From assembly GCA_963837325.1 (NCBI GenBank), contig CAWIMV010000001.1:872768-936767 (forward strand): a DNA stretch of 64,000 nt, in the 5' to 3' direction. The position numbers were made by a program, and so were the translations under genes. This stretch comes from an uncultured Actinomycetota bacterium. GTDB taxonomy: Bacteria > Actinomycetota > Actinomycetes > Mycobacteriales > Jatrophihabitantaceae. Numbering within the stretch: the first letter of the stretch is position 1; every line of letters starts with the position of its first letter. The notes below the pieces were generated by a model. The model had not been told where the DNA came from, ran no database searches, and was given only the letters and a program-made list of their open reading frames with translations. Shown here piece after piece: positions 17,129 to 26,292 of this stretch.

Positions 17129-19030
17129 GTGACCACCCTGAGCCAGACCAACCTCGCCGACGACGTCTGCGCGGCGGTCGAACGCGCCCAGGCGCATCTC
17201 GTGGCCCGGCAGGCGCCGGCCGGTTGGTGGAAGGGCGAGCTGCGCACCAACGTGACGATGGACGCCGAAGATCTACTCCTTCGCCAGTTCCTGGGGATTC
17301 TGTCGAGCGACGATCTCGGGCCGGCCGCGCGTTGGATCCGCTCGCAACAGCGCACCGACGGAACCTGGGCGAATTTCGAAGGCGGCCCGGCCGATCTGTC
17401 CACGACGATCGAGGCCTACGCCGCCCTTCGGCTGGCTGGCGATTCTCCCGACCAGGCGCACATGCGGGCGGCTCGTGAGTTCGTCCTCGCTCACGGTGGC
17501 ATCGAGGCGAGCCGGGTGTTCACCCGGATCTGGCTGGCGCTGTTCGGCGAATGGTCCTGGGACGATCTGCCGGCTATGCCGCCCGAGTTGGTGCTGTTGC
17601 CCAAGTGGGCTCCGCTCAACGTCTACGACTGGGCCTGTTGGGCCCGACAGACCGTCGTGCCGATCACCATCGTCGCGACGCTGCGTCCGGCGCGGCCATT
17701 GCCGTTCAGCCTGGCCGAGTTGCGCACCGGGCAGCACCCGCCGACGGCCAACAAGGGCCTCGTCGCCAGGGCGTTCAACCTGCTCGACCGCGCCCTCAAG
17801 GCCTACGACCGGCTGCCGCTGCACCCGGGCCGGACCACCGCGTTCCGACGTTCGGCCGAGTGGATCATCGCTCGGCAAGAGGCCGACGGCGGGTGGGGCG
17901 GCATCCAGCCGCCGTGGGTGTACTCCATCCTCGCCCTGAACCTGCTGGGCTACTCCCTCGAGCATCCCGTGCTGGTCGCCGCGATAAATGGGCTGGACGG
18001 CTTCCTGATCCACGAGCAGACTCCCGACGGTGTTGTCCGTCGCCTCGAGGCCTGCCAATCCCCGGTGTGGGACGCCTGCCTCGCTGTGACCGCACTGCTC
18101 GACTCCGGAATGGCGCCCGACGACCCTGCGGTCGTGCGGGCCGCCGAGTGGCTGCTGGCTGAGGAGATCAGGGTCACGGGCGACTGGGCCGTCAAACGCC
18201 CGCACCTCGAGCCGGCCGGCTGGGCTTTCGAATTCGCCAACGATCTGTATCCCGACATCGACGACACGGCCGAGGTGGTGCTGGCGCTGCGTCGAGTCGG
18301 GGACCGGATCGTGCCGGGCGTCTCGGCTGCGGTCGAGCGTGGGATCCGGTGGACGGTCGGGATGCAGTCGCGCGACGGCGGCTGGGGCGCGTTCGACGCG
18401 GACAACACCCGTCGGATGATCGAGAAGCTCCCGTTCTGTGACTTCGGCGCGGTTATCGATCCGCCGTCGGCCGACGTGACCGCGCACGTCGTCGAGATGA
18501 TCGGGCACTGCGACCTGGCCGACAGCGAACCCGGCCGGCGCGGAGTGCAGTGGCTGCTCGACTCCCAGGAGCCGGACGGCTCGTGGTTCGGTCGCTGGGG
18601 CGCGAACTACGTCTACGGCACCGGCGCGGCCGTGCCGGCCCTGGTCGCCGCCGGCCTGGCGCCCGAGTCGGGCCCACTGCGGCGAGCCGTCGCCTGGCTG
18701 GAAGCGCACCAGAACGCCGACGGCGGCTGGGGAGAGGATCTGCGCTCCTACGCAGACGACGGCTGGCGTGCCCGCGGCACGTCGACGGCGTCGCAGACCG
18801 CTTGGGCGTTGCTGGCGCTGCTCGCGGTCGACCCGACCACCGACGCCGTCGCTCGCGGGGTCGCCTGGCTGGTGGGAACCCAGCGCATCGACGGCGGCTG
18901 GGATGAAGATCTCTACACCGGTACTGGCTTCCCCGGCGATTTCTACATCAACTACGAGATGTACCGTGTGGTGTTTCCGCTCAGCGCGCTGGGGCGGTAT
19001 CTGTCAGCGGTCGGGGAAGGTCCGTCATGA
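17129..19030 (+). CDS. shc: squalene–hopene cyclase
   Basis: Has the DIDDTA (DxDD) catalytic motif and multiple QW repeats (QxxDGGWG). ~633 aa from GTG at ~17129; the ORF-track start at 16970 overlaps the previous gene. Confidence 0.9.
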   Translation: MTTLSQTNLADDVCAAVERAQAHLVARQAPAGWWKGELRTNVTMDAEDLLLRQFLGILSSDDLGPAARWIRSQQRTDGTWANFEGGPADLSTTIEAYAALRLAGDSPDQAHMRAAREFVLAHGGIEASRVFTRIWLALFGEWSWDDLPAMPPELVLLPKWAPLNVYDWACWARQTVVPITIVATLRPARPLPFSLAELRTGQHPPTANKGLVARAFNLLDRALKAYDRLPLHPGRTTAFRRSAEWIIARQEADGGWGGIQPPWVYSILALNLLGYSLEHPVLVAAINGLDGFLIHEQTPDGVVRRLEACQSPVWDACLAVTALLDSGMAPDDPAVVRAAEWLLAEEIRVTGDWAVKRPHLEPAGWAFEFANDLYPDIDDTAEVVLALRRVGDRIVPGVSAAVERGIRWTVGMQSRDGGWGAFDADNTRRMIEKLPFCDFGAVIDPPSADVTAHVVEMIGHCDLADSEPGRRGVQWLLDSQEPDGSWFGRWGANYVYGTGAAVPALVAAGLAPESGPLRRAVAWLEAHQNADGGWGEDLRSYADDGWRARGTSTASQTAWALLALLAVDPTTDAVARGVAWLVGTQRIDGGWDEDLYTGTGFPGDFYINYEMYRVVFPLSALGRYLSAVGEGPS

Positions 19031-20535
19031 GCGGCCTGGTCGTCGTCACCGCGTTGCGAAGTGAGTACGCGGCCCTGCGCCAGACGCCTGGCGCCACCGT
19101 CGTGCGGTGCGGGATGGGGCCGGACCGGGTGCGCGCCTGGCTGCCCCAACTCACCGCGCTTCAGCCCGACGCCGTGGTCATCGCGGGTCTGGCCGGCGGC
19201 TTGGATCCGTCGCTGCGCCCGGGTGATGTGTTCATCGCCAGCGAGGTTCGCGACGAGCACGGCCGCACGCTGCTGCGCGCGGCCGCCCCACTGGTGGCCG
19301 AACTGCGCCGCTCGGGCCTGCGGGTGCGAACGGGCCCGATGGTCAGTTGCGACCACGTGGTGCAAGGCGTCAGGGAACGCGAACGGCTCGCCGCCACCGG
19401 CGCCTTGGCCGTCGACATGGAGTCGGCCGCCATCGTCCGGGCACTCGGACGCGACGCCGACCGGGTCCCGGTGGCGGTCGTGCGCGTCATCGTCGACACC
19501 GCGCACAGTCCCGTCGCACGACTGGCCACCATTCCGGCCGGCGCTCGCGCGCTGCGCAACCTGCGCCGCACTGCCCCCGCGCTCCGGCGCTGGGCGGCGC
19601 TGGCCGGTCCACGCAAGGTCCTGCTCGCCGGACCGCGCTCGTTCTGCGCCGGCGTCGAGCGGGCGATCGACATTGTCGAACTGGCTTTGCAGCGCTACCC
19701 CCGGCCGGTCTACGTGCGGCGCCAGATCGTGCACAACGCTCACGTAGTCGATGACCTGCAGCGTCAAGGTGCCGTGTTCGTCGACGAACTCGACGAGGTG
19801 CCCGACGGCACCACTGTGGTGTTCTCCGCACACGGCGTCGCACCCGCGGTCCGGGCCGAAGCGGCCCGGCGTGAGTTGAACGTCATCGACGCCACGTGCC
19901 CGCTGGTGGCCAAGGTGCACACCGAGGCCCGCCGCTTCGCGGCCCGGGGCCACACCGTGCTGCTGGTCGGCCACGCCGGGCACGACGAGACCGAGGGCAC
20001 GCTGGGTGAGGTACCAGGCCGGATCAAGCTGGTGCAGGACGCGGCTGAAGCCGAGCAGATCCAGCCCGACGATCCCGAACGGGTCGCGGTGTTGCTGCAG
20101 ACGACGCTCGCCGTCGACGAAGCCGCGCAGACCGTCGACGTGCTGCGGCGCCGCTTCCCGATGATCGAATCGTCGGCGACCGACGACATCTGTTACGCGA
20201 CCACGAACCGCCAGCAGGCGGTGCGGGCGATCGCCTCCGAATCCGACCTGGTCATCGTGCTCGGGTCGACGAACTCGTCCAACTCCCTGCGGTTGGCCGA
20301 GGTGGCCCAGCGCTGTGGGGTCCGGGCCCACCTCGTCGACGACGCGAGTGAAATCCTGCCCGAGTGGCTCGACGGCGCGGCCACCATCGGGATCACGGCG
20401 GGTGCATCGGCCCCGCCCCATCTCGTCGACGAGGTCATCGGCACCCTGCGGGCTCTCGGCCCGGTCGAGGTCACCGAACGAGCCGTCGCTCATGAAGACA
20501 TCCGATTCACCCTTCCCAAGGGAGTTGCTGGCTGA
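19027..20535 (+). CDS. ispH: fusion protein: HpnG-like nucleoside phosphorylase (N-terminal) + IspH/LytB HMBPP reductase (C-terminal)
   Basis: The N-terminal ~190 aa have a PNP/MTA-nucleosidase fold (VVIAGLAGGL...AVDMESAAI). The C-terminal ~310 aa are IspH (KVLLAGPRSFCAGVERAI, ATCPLV, TNSSNSLRLAE with the 3 conserved Cys). One continuous 502-aa frame. Confidence 0.8.
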   Translation: MSGLVVVTALRSEYAALRQTPGATVVRCGMGPDRVRAWLPQLTALQPDAVVIAGLAGGLDPSLRPGDVFIASEVRDEHGRTLLRAAAPLVAELRRSGLRVRTGPMVSCDHVVQGVRERERLAATGALAVDMESAAIVRALGRDADRVPVAVVRVIVDTAHSPVARLATIPAGARALRNLRRTAPALRRWAALAGPRKVLLAGPRSFCAGVERAIDIVELALQRYPRPVYVRRQIVHNAHVVDDLQRQGAVFVDELDEVPDGTTVVFSAHGVAPAVRAEAARRELNVIDATCPLVAKVHTEARRFAARGHTVLLVGHAGHDETEGTLGEVPGRIKLVQDAAEAEQIQPDDPERVAVLLQTTLAVDEAAQTVDVLRRRFPMIESSATDDICYATTNRQQAVRAIASESDLVIVLGSTNSSNSLRLAEVAQRCGVRAHLVDDASEILPEWLDGAATIGITAGASAPPHLVDEVIGTLRALGPVEVTERAVAHEDIRFTLPKGVAG

Positions 20536-21548
20536 TGGCCGTTCCACTTCGTCAAGGTGCCCGTATCGGCTGGTACCTGTTCTCACAAAAGCTGCGGCGG
20601 CGCGAGAAGTTCCCGCTGATCGTCGAGCTCGAGCCGTTGTTCGCTTGCAACCTCAAGTGCAACGGCTGCGGAAAGATCCAGCAACCGCACGACCTGCTGC
20701 GGCAGCGGATGCCGGTCGAGCGGGCCGTCTCGGCCATCTTGGAGAGCGGTGCGCCGATGGTGTCGATCGCCGGTGGCGAGCCGCTGATGCACCCGCAGAT
20801 CGACGAGATGGTCAACGAACTGGTCAAGCGCAAGAAGTACGTCTACCTCTGCACCAACGCCGAGCTCGTCCGCAAGCGCTGGGACAAGTTCAACTTCAAG
20901 CCGTCGTCGTACTTCTCGTTCGCGATCCATGTCGACGGCCTGCGTGAGCGCCACGACGAGTCGGTCGCGAAAGAGGGCGTCTTCGACGAGGCGATCGCCG
21001 CGATCAAGTTTCTGAAGGAGAAGGGTTTCCGGGTCACCACAAACTCCACCTTCTTCAACACCGACACGCCGCAGACGATCATCGACGTGATGAACTTCCT
21101 CAACGACGAGGTCGAGGTCGACAGCATGATGCTCTCGCCGGCCTACGCCTACGAGAAGGCCCCGGATCAGGACCACTTCCTGGGCGTCACCGAGACCCGG
21201 GAACTGTTCTCCAAGGCCTTCGCCGGTGGCAACCGCAAGCGCTGGCGGCTCAACCACTCACCGTTGTTCCTCGACTTCCTCGAGGGCAAGAAGGACTTCC
21301 AGTGCACGGCGTGGGGGATCCCGTCCTACTCGCTCCTGGGTTGGCAGCGGCCCTGCTATCTAATGGCCGACGGCTACACCAAGACCTACAAGGAGCTCAT
21401 CGAGACGACGGACTGGGACAAGTACGGCCGGGGCCGCGACGAGCGCTGCAACAACTGCATGGCGCACTGCGGCTACGAACCGACCGCGGTCCTCGCGACG
21501 ATGGGCTCGCTCAAAGAGAGTCTGCGGGCGTTGCGGGAGCAGGGTTGA
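20535..21548 (+). CDS. hpnH: radical-SAM adenosylhopane synthase HpnH
   Basis: Has LFACNLKCNGCG (the CxxxCxxC radical-SAM motif) and an HpnH-type C-terminus. Start overlaps the ispH stop (TGATG). Confidence 0.85.
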   Translation: MAVPLRQGARIGWYLFSQKLRRREKFPLIVELEPLFACNLKCNGCGKIQQPHDLLRQRMPVERAVSAILESGAPMVSIAGGEPLMHPQIDEMVNELVKRKKYVYLCTNAELVRKRWDKFNFKPSSYFSFAIHVDGLRERHDESVAKEGVFDEAIAAIKFLKEKGFRVTTNSTFFNTDTPQTIIDVMNFLNDEVEVDSMMLSPAYAYEKAPDQDHFLGVTETRELFSKAFAGGNRKRWRLNHSPLFLDFLEGKKDFQCTAWGIPSYSLLGWQRPCYLMADGYTKTYKELIETTDWDKYGRGRDERCNNCMAHCGYEPTAVLATMGSLKESLRALREQG

Positions 21549-22404
21549 TCGGTTCGCACGCGCCGGCCAGGTTGGGCGAGCGACCGATCAGGGCCACGCC
21601 CGTCACCATGGCGACGACGCAGATCGATTCGACCAGCAGGCCGACCACGCTGACGGACACGACGTCACCGAGCAGGCTGACTCCCAGGGCAATCCCGGCG
21701 ATCGGCTCGGCCGCGGCGATGGGCGGCAGAGAGTAGTCCAGGCGGGCGGCCTTGAATGCGCTCTGGGAGAGCAGGATGCCCAGGACCGCGGCCCCGATGA
21801 CGATGTAGACCCACGGGTTGACGAACACGGTCGCGATGCCATGCTCGTCGGTAACGACAAGTGCGGCCCGCGTCCCGGTGTCCTGCAGCCCGTACAACAA
21901 GCCGGCCCCGGTAGCGAGCAGCACTGACTCCCCGACCAGGCCGCGCCGTTTGCCGACGGTGACCAGGAGCAGGACCACGCCCACGACCGTGCACACGGCG
22001 ACCGTGATGACCGCGGGATTGGGGTCGGGCGTGGGGGAGCTGCGCGGGTTGCCCACCTCGATGAACACGCCGAGGGCGGCCGACAGCACGACGGCGCCGA
22101 CAACCTCCTGCCAGCGGATGCGCTTGCGCAACAGTGCGGCGGAGAACGCCAGCGCGAACAGCAGGCTCGTGGACAGCAGCGGTTCGACCAGGGCGACCGT
22201 CGCAAGCTGGAGCGCCAAACCAGCCAGCAGCTCACCCGCGATCATGGCGCCGATGCCGGCCCACCACATCGGCTTGTGCATGAGGTCCAGCAGCATTCGG
22301 AACCGCAACAGCGAGGACAACGGCTCGGTCGCGGCGACCCGTTGTTGCAGGACGTAGCCGATACCGAGGCTGAGGGCCGCGATGACACCGACGAGGAATA
22401 CCAC
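21511..22404 (-). CDS. DMT-like integral membrane protein (~9–10 TM), downstream of whiB7 on the same strand
   Basis: 297 aa, strongly hydrophobic with a periodic TM pattern; no catalytic motifs. Confidence 0.5.
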   Translation of the reverse strand: MVFLVGVIAALSLGIGYVLQQRVAATEPLSSLLRFRMLLDLMHKPMWWAGIGAMIAGELLAGLALQLATVALVEPLLSTSLLFALAFSAALLRKRIRWQEVVGAVVLSAALGVFIEVGNPRSSPTPDPNPAVITVAVCTVVGVVLLLVTVGKRRGLVGESVLLATGAGLLYGLQDTGTRAALVVTDEHGIATVFVNPWVYIVIGAAVLGILLSQSAFKAARLDYSLPPIAAAEPIAGIALGVSLLGDVVSVSVVGLLVESICVVAMVTGVALIGRSPNLAGACEPINPAPATPADSL

Positions 22405-22503
22405 CGGTTATGCCCGATGCGCCGGACGAGCAGGGCCCATGTGGAGATTATGTCGCCGGCTGGCCGACGGATCGCAAAATCCCCGGAATCCGTTCGCCAG
22501 TTC

Positions 22504-22875
22504 TCAGGCGGCGACGCCGATGCGGTCGTGCTTGCGGGGACGGCCGCGGGGCCGCTTGTGCGCGATGATGACGCCGCGCTCAATGATCTGGCCGCCCCAA
22601 ACGCCCCACTGCTCGCCCCTCGAGAGAGCGCCGGCCAGGCATGCTCGCATCGCCGGGCAGTCTTGGCAGAGAGCCTTCGCACGCTCCATATCCGCGGGCC
22701 GGTCGGCGAACCAGAGGTCCGGGTCGTGCACCCGGCAGGGCAGGTCGTCCGGGCAATCCTTGGACAGCGGGTCCAAGAGTTCGGCGGTGGCCGCTGGGGC
22801 GAGATGGGCGTTCACGATGTCCTCCGGATTCTTGCTGACCCGGCTGACTCTCGTCCTAAGGTGCGACAACGACAT
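22504..22875 (-). CDS. whiB7: WhiB7-type Wbl transcriptional activator with C-terminal AT-hook (alternative GTG start ~22815)
   Basis: LPCRVHDPDLWFADRPADMERAKALCQDCPAMRACLAGALSRGEQWGVWGGQII...AHKRPRGRPRK has four Cys, the GVWGG turn and an RGRP AT-hook. It is near-collinear with mycobacterial WhiB7. Confidence 0.85.
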   Translation of the reverse strand: MSLSHLRTRVSRVSKNPEDIVNAHLAPAATAELLDPLSKDCPDDLPCRVHDPDLWFADRPADMERAKALCQDCPAMRACLAGALSRGEQWGVWGGQIIERGVIIAHKRPRGRPRKHDRIGVAA

Positions 22876-22959
22876 CGGGACTTTTCCTAGGTACCGGCCC
22901 GCCGGCGCACGCCCCGCGGCCTAGGGATCACTAGCCTTCCGGCACCAGGCCGAACTCTC

Positions 22960-23010
22960 GGAGCGAATAAAGTGAAATCGACGTTAAGTTTGGGTAGTAG
23001 ACTGGTTCGG
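22960..23010 (-). promoter_or_regulatory. AT-rich tract upstream of whiB7 (candidate WhiB7 AT-hook site / promoter region)
   Basis: gaataaagtgaaatcgacgttaagtttgggtagtagact is by far the most AT-rich stretch in the local sequence, located 90–140 nt upstream of the whiB7 ATG. Confidence 0.35.
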
Positions 23011-23122
23011 GGCCAGGCTCGCGAGAGCCCGGCCCCGACAAAGGCACACCCGTCGCAAGGCGGGGCCGCAAAGCCACGGGACCCATGGGTCAGCCGGGCC
23101 GCCAATGGACGGAACGTGACCG

Positions 23123-25477
23123 ATGAGTCTCACCCCCTGGGTCCGCGCGACCGTCGCCGCACTCCGCGGGGGCCTGGGTCGGCCCGAAGGCATCATGGCC
23201 GGCACGCGGTGGTTGTTCGCCGGATTGCCCCTGGCCGCCCTGATCATCACTCTGCCGGTGGCGTTCGCCGGCTCGCACGGTGACGTCTGGCGGCTGACGC
23301 TGCTGTTCCTCGCCGTGACTGTGCTCGCCGGTTCCTGCGTTGCGACGTACCTGCGCGAGCGGGTGCTGCTCGGAATGGATCTGCTGGACGCGGCCGCAAT
23401 CACCGGCGTGGCCCTCGCGTGCCCGGACCCTTCCGCCGTGTTCGGGATCGCCTTCGCCGGCCTGTGGTACCGCGCCTTCTACGGCACGATGCGCCAATCG
23501 CTGACCCGCTCGGTGTACTACGCCGTCGCGATCACGGCCGCAGTGCCGCTGTGGACGCTCGTCCCCGGGCACCCGCCCACACCGGCTGTCGGGCCATTGC
23601 TCGGCACGTTTCCGATCATGTTCCTCATGGTGATCGTGGCCCGTCAGTTCGGCGGCAGCCTGCGGGCCCGCGAACGGGGCCTGCGCCGGAACGCGGCATT
23701 GGCCGCCGCCGGTACCCAGCTACTGGAGTTCACCGATGCCGGTTCGATCTGGGCGATGGCCTGGACGACGTTGGACGAGATCTGCGCCGCGACAGCGGGT
23801 ATGCGGATCCTGAAGGTCGTACGCGAGGCCGATCTGTTGCAGGTCGAGGCAACGGCCGGAGAGTTCGCGTCGGTTCCGCCCAGCGTCCCCGGCGACGTCA
23901 TCGCCGCGCCCGCAGGGGCAGACGGCCTCGTCAGCGATCCGGCGCCGTTCGACGCGGCAGTCGGAGCGGCCGTCGAATGGGTCTGCATCGGCCTCAGTGA
24001 GCAGGCAGCCGAAGGGTGGATGGTCGTCGGTGTCCAGAAGAAGACGCCGGCCGAGGCCCTGCTGGCCGTTCGTAGTCTGGTCAACCAGGTGACGCTGGCG
24101 CTGCGCAACAGCGACGTCCACCAGGAGTTGACGATGCAGGCGCGGGTCGACGCGCTCACCGGCTTGGCTAACCGCGCCGCGTTCACGGGCGAACTCGCGA
24201 CCAACCTGGCCAACGGCGGTCGGAAGTGGAGCGGCCATGTGCTGTTCCTCGACCTCGACGACTTCAAGGACGTCAACGATGTCCTCGGCCACCGGGCCGG
24301 TGACGACGTGCTGATCGAAGTGGGTGATCGGCTGCGCCGGTGCACCCGCCCGGACGACATGTGTGCCCGACTCGGCGGCGACGAATTCGCGGTCGTGCTG
24401 CGCGGTACGACCGAGGAAGAGGCTGTGGCCGTTGCCCAGCGGATGGTCGCGGCCATCGCTGAGCCCATTGACGTCAACGGGCAGATGGCTCACGTCGGGG
24501 CCAGCATCGGTGTTGCGGCCGGCACACCGCTGATGCAGATGGAGGAGCTGGTTCATCAGGCCGATGTCGCAATGTATGCGGCCAAGGGCTACGGCAAGGG
24601 GCGGATCCAGGTGTTCAACTCCGGCCTGCTCCAGGCCGATACCTACCGGGCGTCGTTCGAGTCCCAGCTGGCCCGGGCGACCGACGCGGGCGAACTCGTC
24701 GTGCACTACCAACCGATCCTCGCGGTGGCCGACTTCCGGTGCATTGCCGTCGAGGCCTTGGTCCGCTGGCAGCATCCGCAGCAAGGCCTGCTCGAGCCGG
24801 AAAAGTTCATCGAGATCGCCGAGCGCACTGGCGCCATCGGCGCGATCGGGGCGTTCGTACTGGAGCAGGCGTGTGCTGAGGCGGCCAGCTGGCACCGCGC
24901 GGATTCAGCCTCGCCGGTCGTGATGCACGTCAATGTCTCGGCCAATCAGCTCGACGACGACCGCTTCGTCGACCTGGTCGAGCGGTGCCTCGAGGAACAC
25001 GCCGTCCCGCCGGAGCAGCTCGTCCTCGAGCTGACCGAAACGGTCGGGCTCAATTCGCCCGCGGCGATCCAGCGCCTGAAGAGCCTTGCCGGCTTGGGCG
25101 TCGGGATCGCCATCGACGACTTCGGCACCGGCTATTCGTCCCTCACCACGCTGCGCGCCTTGCCCGTCAGCGTCATTAAGCTGGACCGCAGCTTCATCGC
25201 CGGGGCACTGGACAACGCGTTCGACCGGACGGTTATCGAAGCAATCGTGCGGATGAGCTCGCAATTGGGCCTGCTCACCATCGCCGAAGGGATCGAGCGA
25301 CTCGACCAGCAGCATTTCCTGGAGGAGATCGGCTGCCAAGCCGTGCAGGGCTACCTGTACCTGCGAGCCGTGCCCACGCCCCTGATCGGGGCCTGGCTAC
25401 GCAACAACCTGAGCAATCTCGGTACCCGGGCACCAGCAGAAAGCTCACTGGCGGGGGTTGCCGCGTTTGAGCAGTAA
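23123..25477 (+). CDS. membrane-anchored GGDEF–EAL (diguanylate cyclase/phosphodiesterase) signalling protein
   Basis: The N-terminal ~300 aa are hydrophobic (MASE-like). The GGDEF domain has RLGGDEFAV. The EAL domain has the LELTETV variant, DDFGTGYSSL and QGYLY. Confidence 0.85.
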   Translation: MSLTPWVRATVAALRGGLGRPEGIMAGTRWLFAGLPLAALIITLPVAFAGSHGDVWRLTLLFLAVTVLAGSCVATYLRERVLLGMDLLDAAAITGVALACPDPSAVFGIAFAGLWYRAFYGTMRQSLTRSVYYAVAITAAVPLWTLVPGHPPTPAVGPLLGTFPIMFLMVIVARQFGGSLRARERGLRRNAALAAAGTQLLEFTDAGSIWAMAWTTLDEICAATAGMRILKVVREADLLQVEATAGEFASVPPSVPGDVIAAPAGADGLVSDPAPFDAAVGAAVEWVCIGLSEQAAEGWMVVGVQKKTPAEALLAVRSLVNQVTLALRNSDVHQELTMQARVDALTGLANRAAFTGELATNLANGGRKWSGHVLFLDLDDFKDVNDVLGHRAGDDVLIEVGDRLRRCTRPDDMCARLGGDEFAVVLRGTTEEEAVAVAQRMVAAIAEPIDVNGQMAHVGASIGVAAGTPLMQMEELVHQADVAMYAAKGYGKGRIQVFNSGLLQADTYRASFESQLARATDAGELVVHYQPILAVADFRCIAVEALVRWQHPQQGLLEPEKFIEIAERTGAIGAIGAFVLEQACAEAASWHRADSASPVVMHVNVSANQLDDDRFVDLVERCLEEHAVPPEQLVLELTETVGLNSPAAIQRLKSLAGLGVGIAIDDFGTGYSSLTTLRALPVSVIKLDRSFIAGALDNAFDRTVIEAIVRMSSQLGLLTIAEGIERLDQQHFLEEIGCQAVQGYLYLRAVPTPLIGAWLRNNLSNLGTRAPAESSLAGVAAFEQ

Positions 25478-25581
25478 GCTGGCGCTGCTGAGATTCCAGC
25501 CGGTCCAGAAGCGAACCATAAGGGGCGCTGCGAGTAATCGCTCACGCTGGGCACATCCGGTGATCCACGGTCAGGATCACC

Positions 25582-26292
25582 ATGACCTTGCTCTCGCAGG
25601 CCCGCGGTATCGGATACGGCTCGATACCGCGTTGGACGCTGCTTTCCGCGTTCTTGGCTCCCGCTTCTCTGGTGGCGTGCTGGATTGTCGCCGGAATGGT
25701 CCAGCGCGGCGGCTACAACGCGGCTCAGCAAACGATGAGCGTGCTGGCAGGGGACACCGCGTCTCATCCGTGGATCATGACCGCGGGGCTGTATTCGGTC
25801 GGAACGTTCCAGATCGTGACGGCGTTCGGCCTGTCGATCGGGCGGCCGAAGGCCCGCATGCTGCTCGCGATCGGCGGGCTGACCGGACTGGGCGTGGCCA
25901 GCTTTCCCCAAACGCAGCACGGCGGTGCGACTGCGATCCATCTGGCATTCGCCACCGCGAGTGTCAGCCTGCTGGCGGTGTGGCCGGCGACAATCGGTTC
26001 CCGCGGCCACTCGCGCCCCCTGGTCCTGAGCGTCCGGGGTTCGCTGCTGGCGACGCTGGTGTTTGTCGGTTTGCTGGCCTGGCTCTTCGCGGCAGCGCAC
26101 GGCGGCGGCGCGCTGGGCGTGGCGGAACGGGTGGACACCGCCATCGAGAACTCGTGGCCGCTCGTCGTCGTCCTTGCGGTGCGCCGGGCGTCAGGTGCGC
26201 AGCGGCGCGAGGTTTCCGGCTTCCTCGATGCCGCGACGGATTGGCACCCGTACCAGCAGCAGGAAGCCGACCACAAAGAAAACCACCAATGA
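25582..26292 (+). CDS. DUF998-family membrane protein (paralog A)
   Basis: ~4–6 TM helices; clear paralogy to 28206..28919 (shared SVLAG...W.MT.GL..VG and G.AER....... WP.V). The 3' end convergently overlaps the MFS gene by ~100 nt. Confidence 0.55.
   Translation: MTLLSQARGIGYGSIPRWTLLSAFLAPASLVACWIVAGMVQRGGYNAAQQTMSVLAGDTASHPWIMTAGLYSVGTFQIVTAFGLSIGRPKARMLLAIGGLTGLGVASFPQTQHGGATAIHLAFATASVSLLAVWPATIGSRGHSRPLVLSVRGSLLATLVFVGLLAWLFAAAHGGGALGVAERVDTAIENSWPLVVVLAVRRASGAQRREVSGFLDAATDWHPYQQQEADHKENHQ

Noticed and set aside
17273-18709. 478-aa minus-strand ORF antisense to shc
   Set aside because: Composition artefact; shc has DxDD and QW motifs on the plus strand.
18952-20586. 544-aa minus-strand ORF antisense to hpnG–ispH
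   Set aside because: No recognisable domain; the opposite strand encodes IspH with all conserved Cys.
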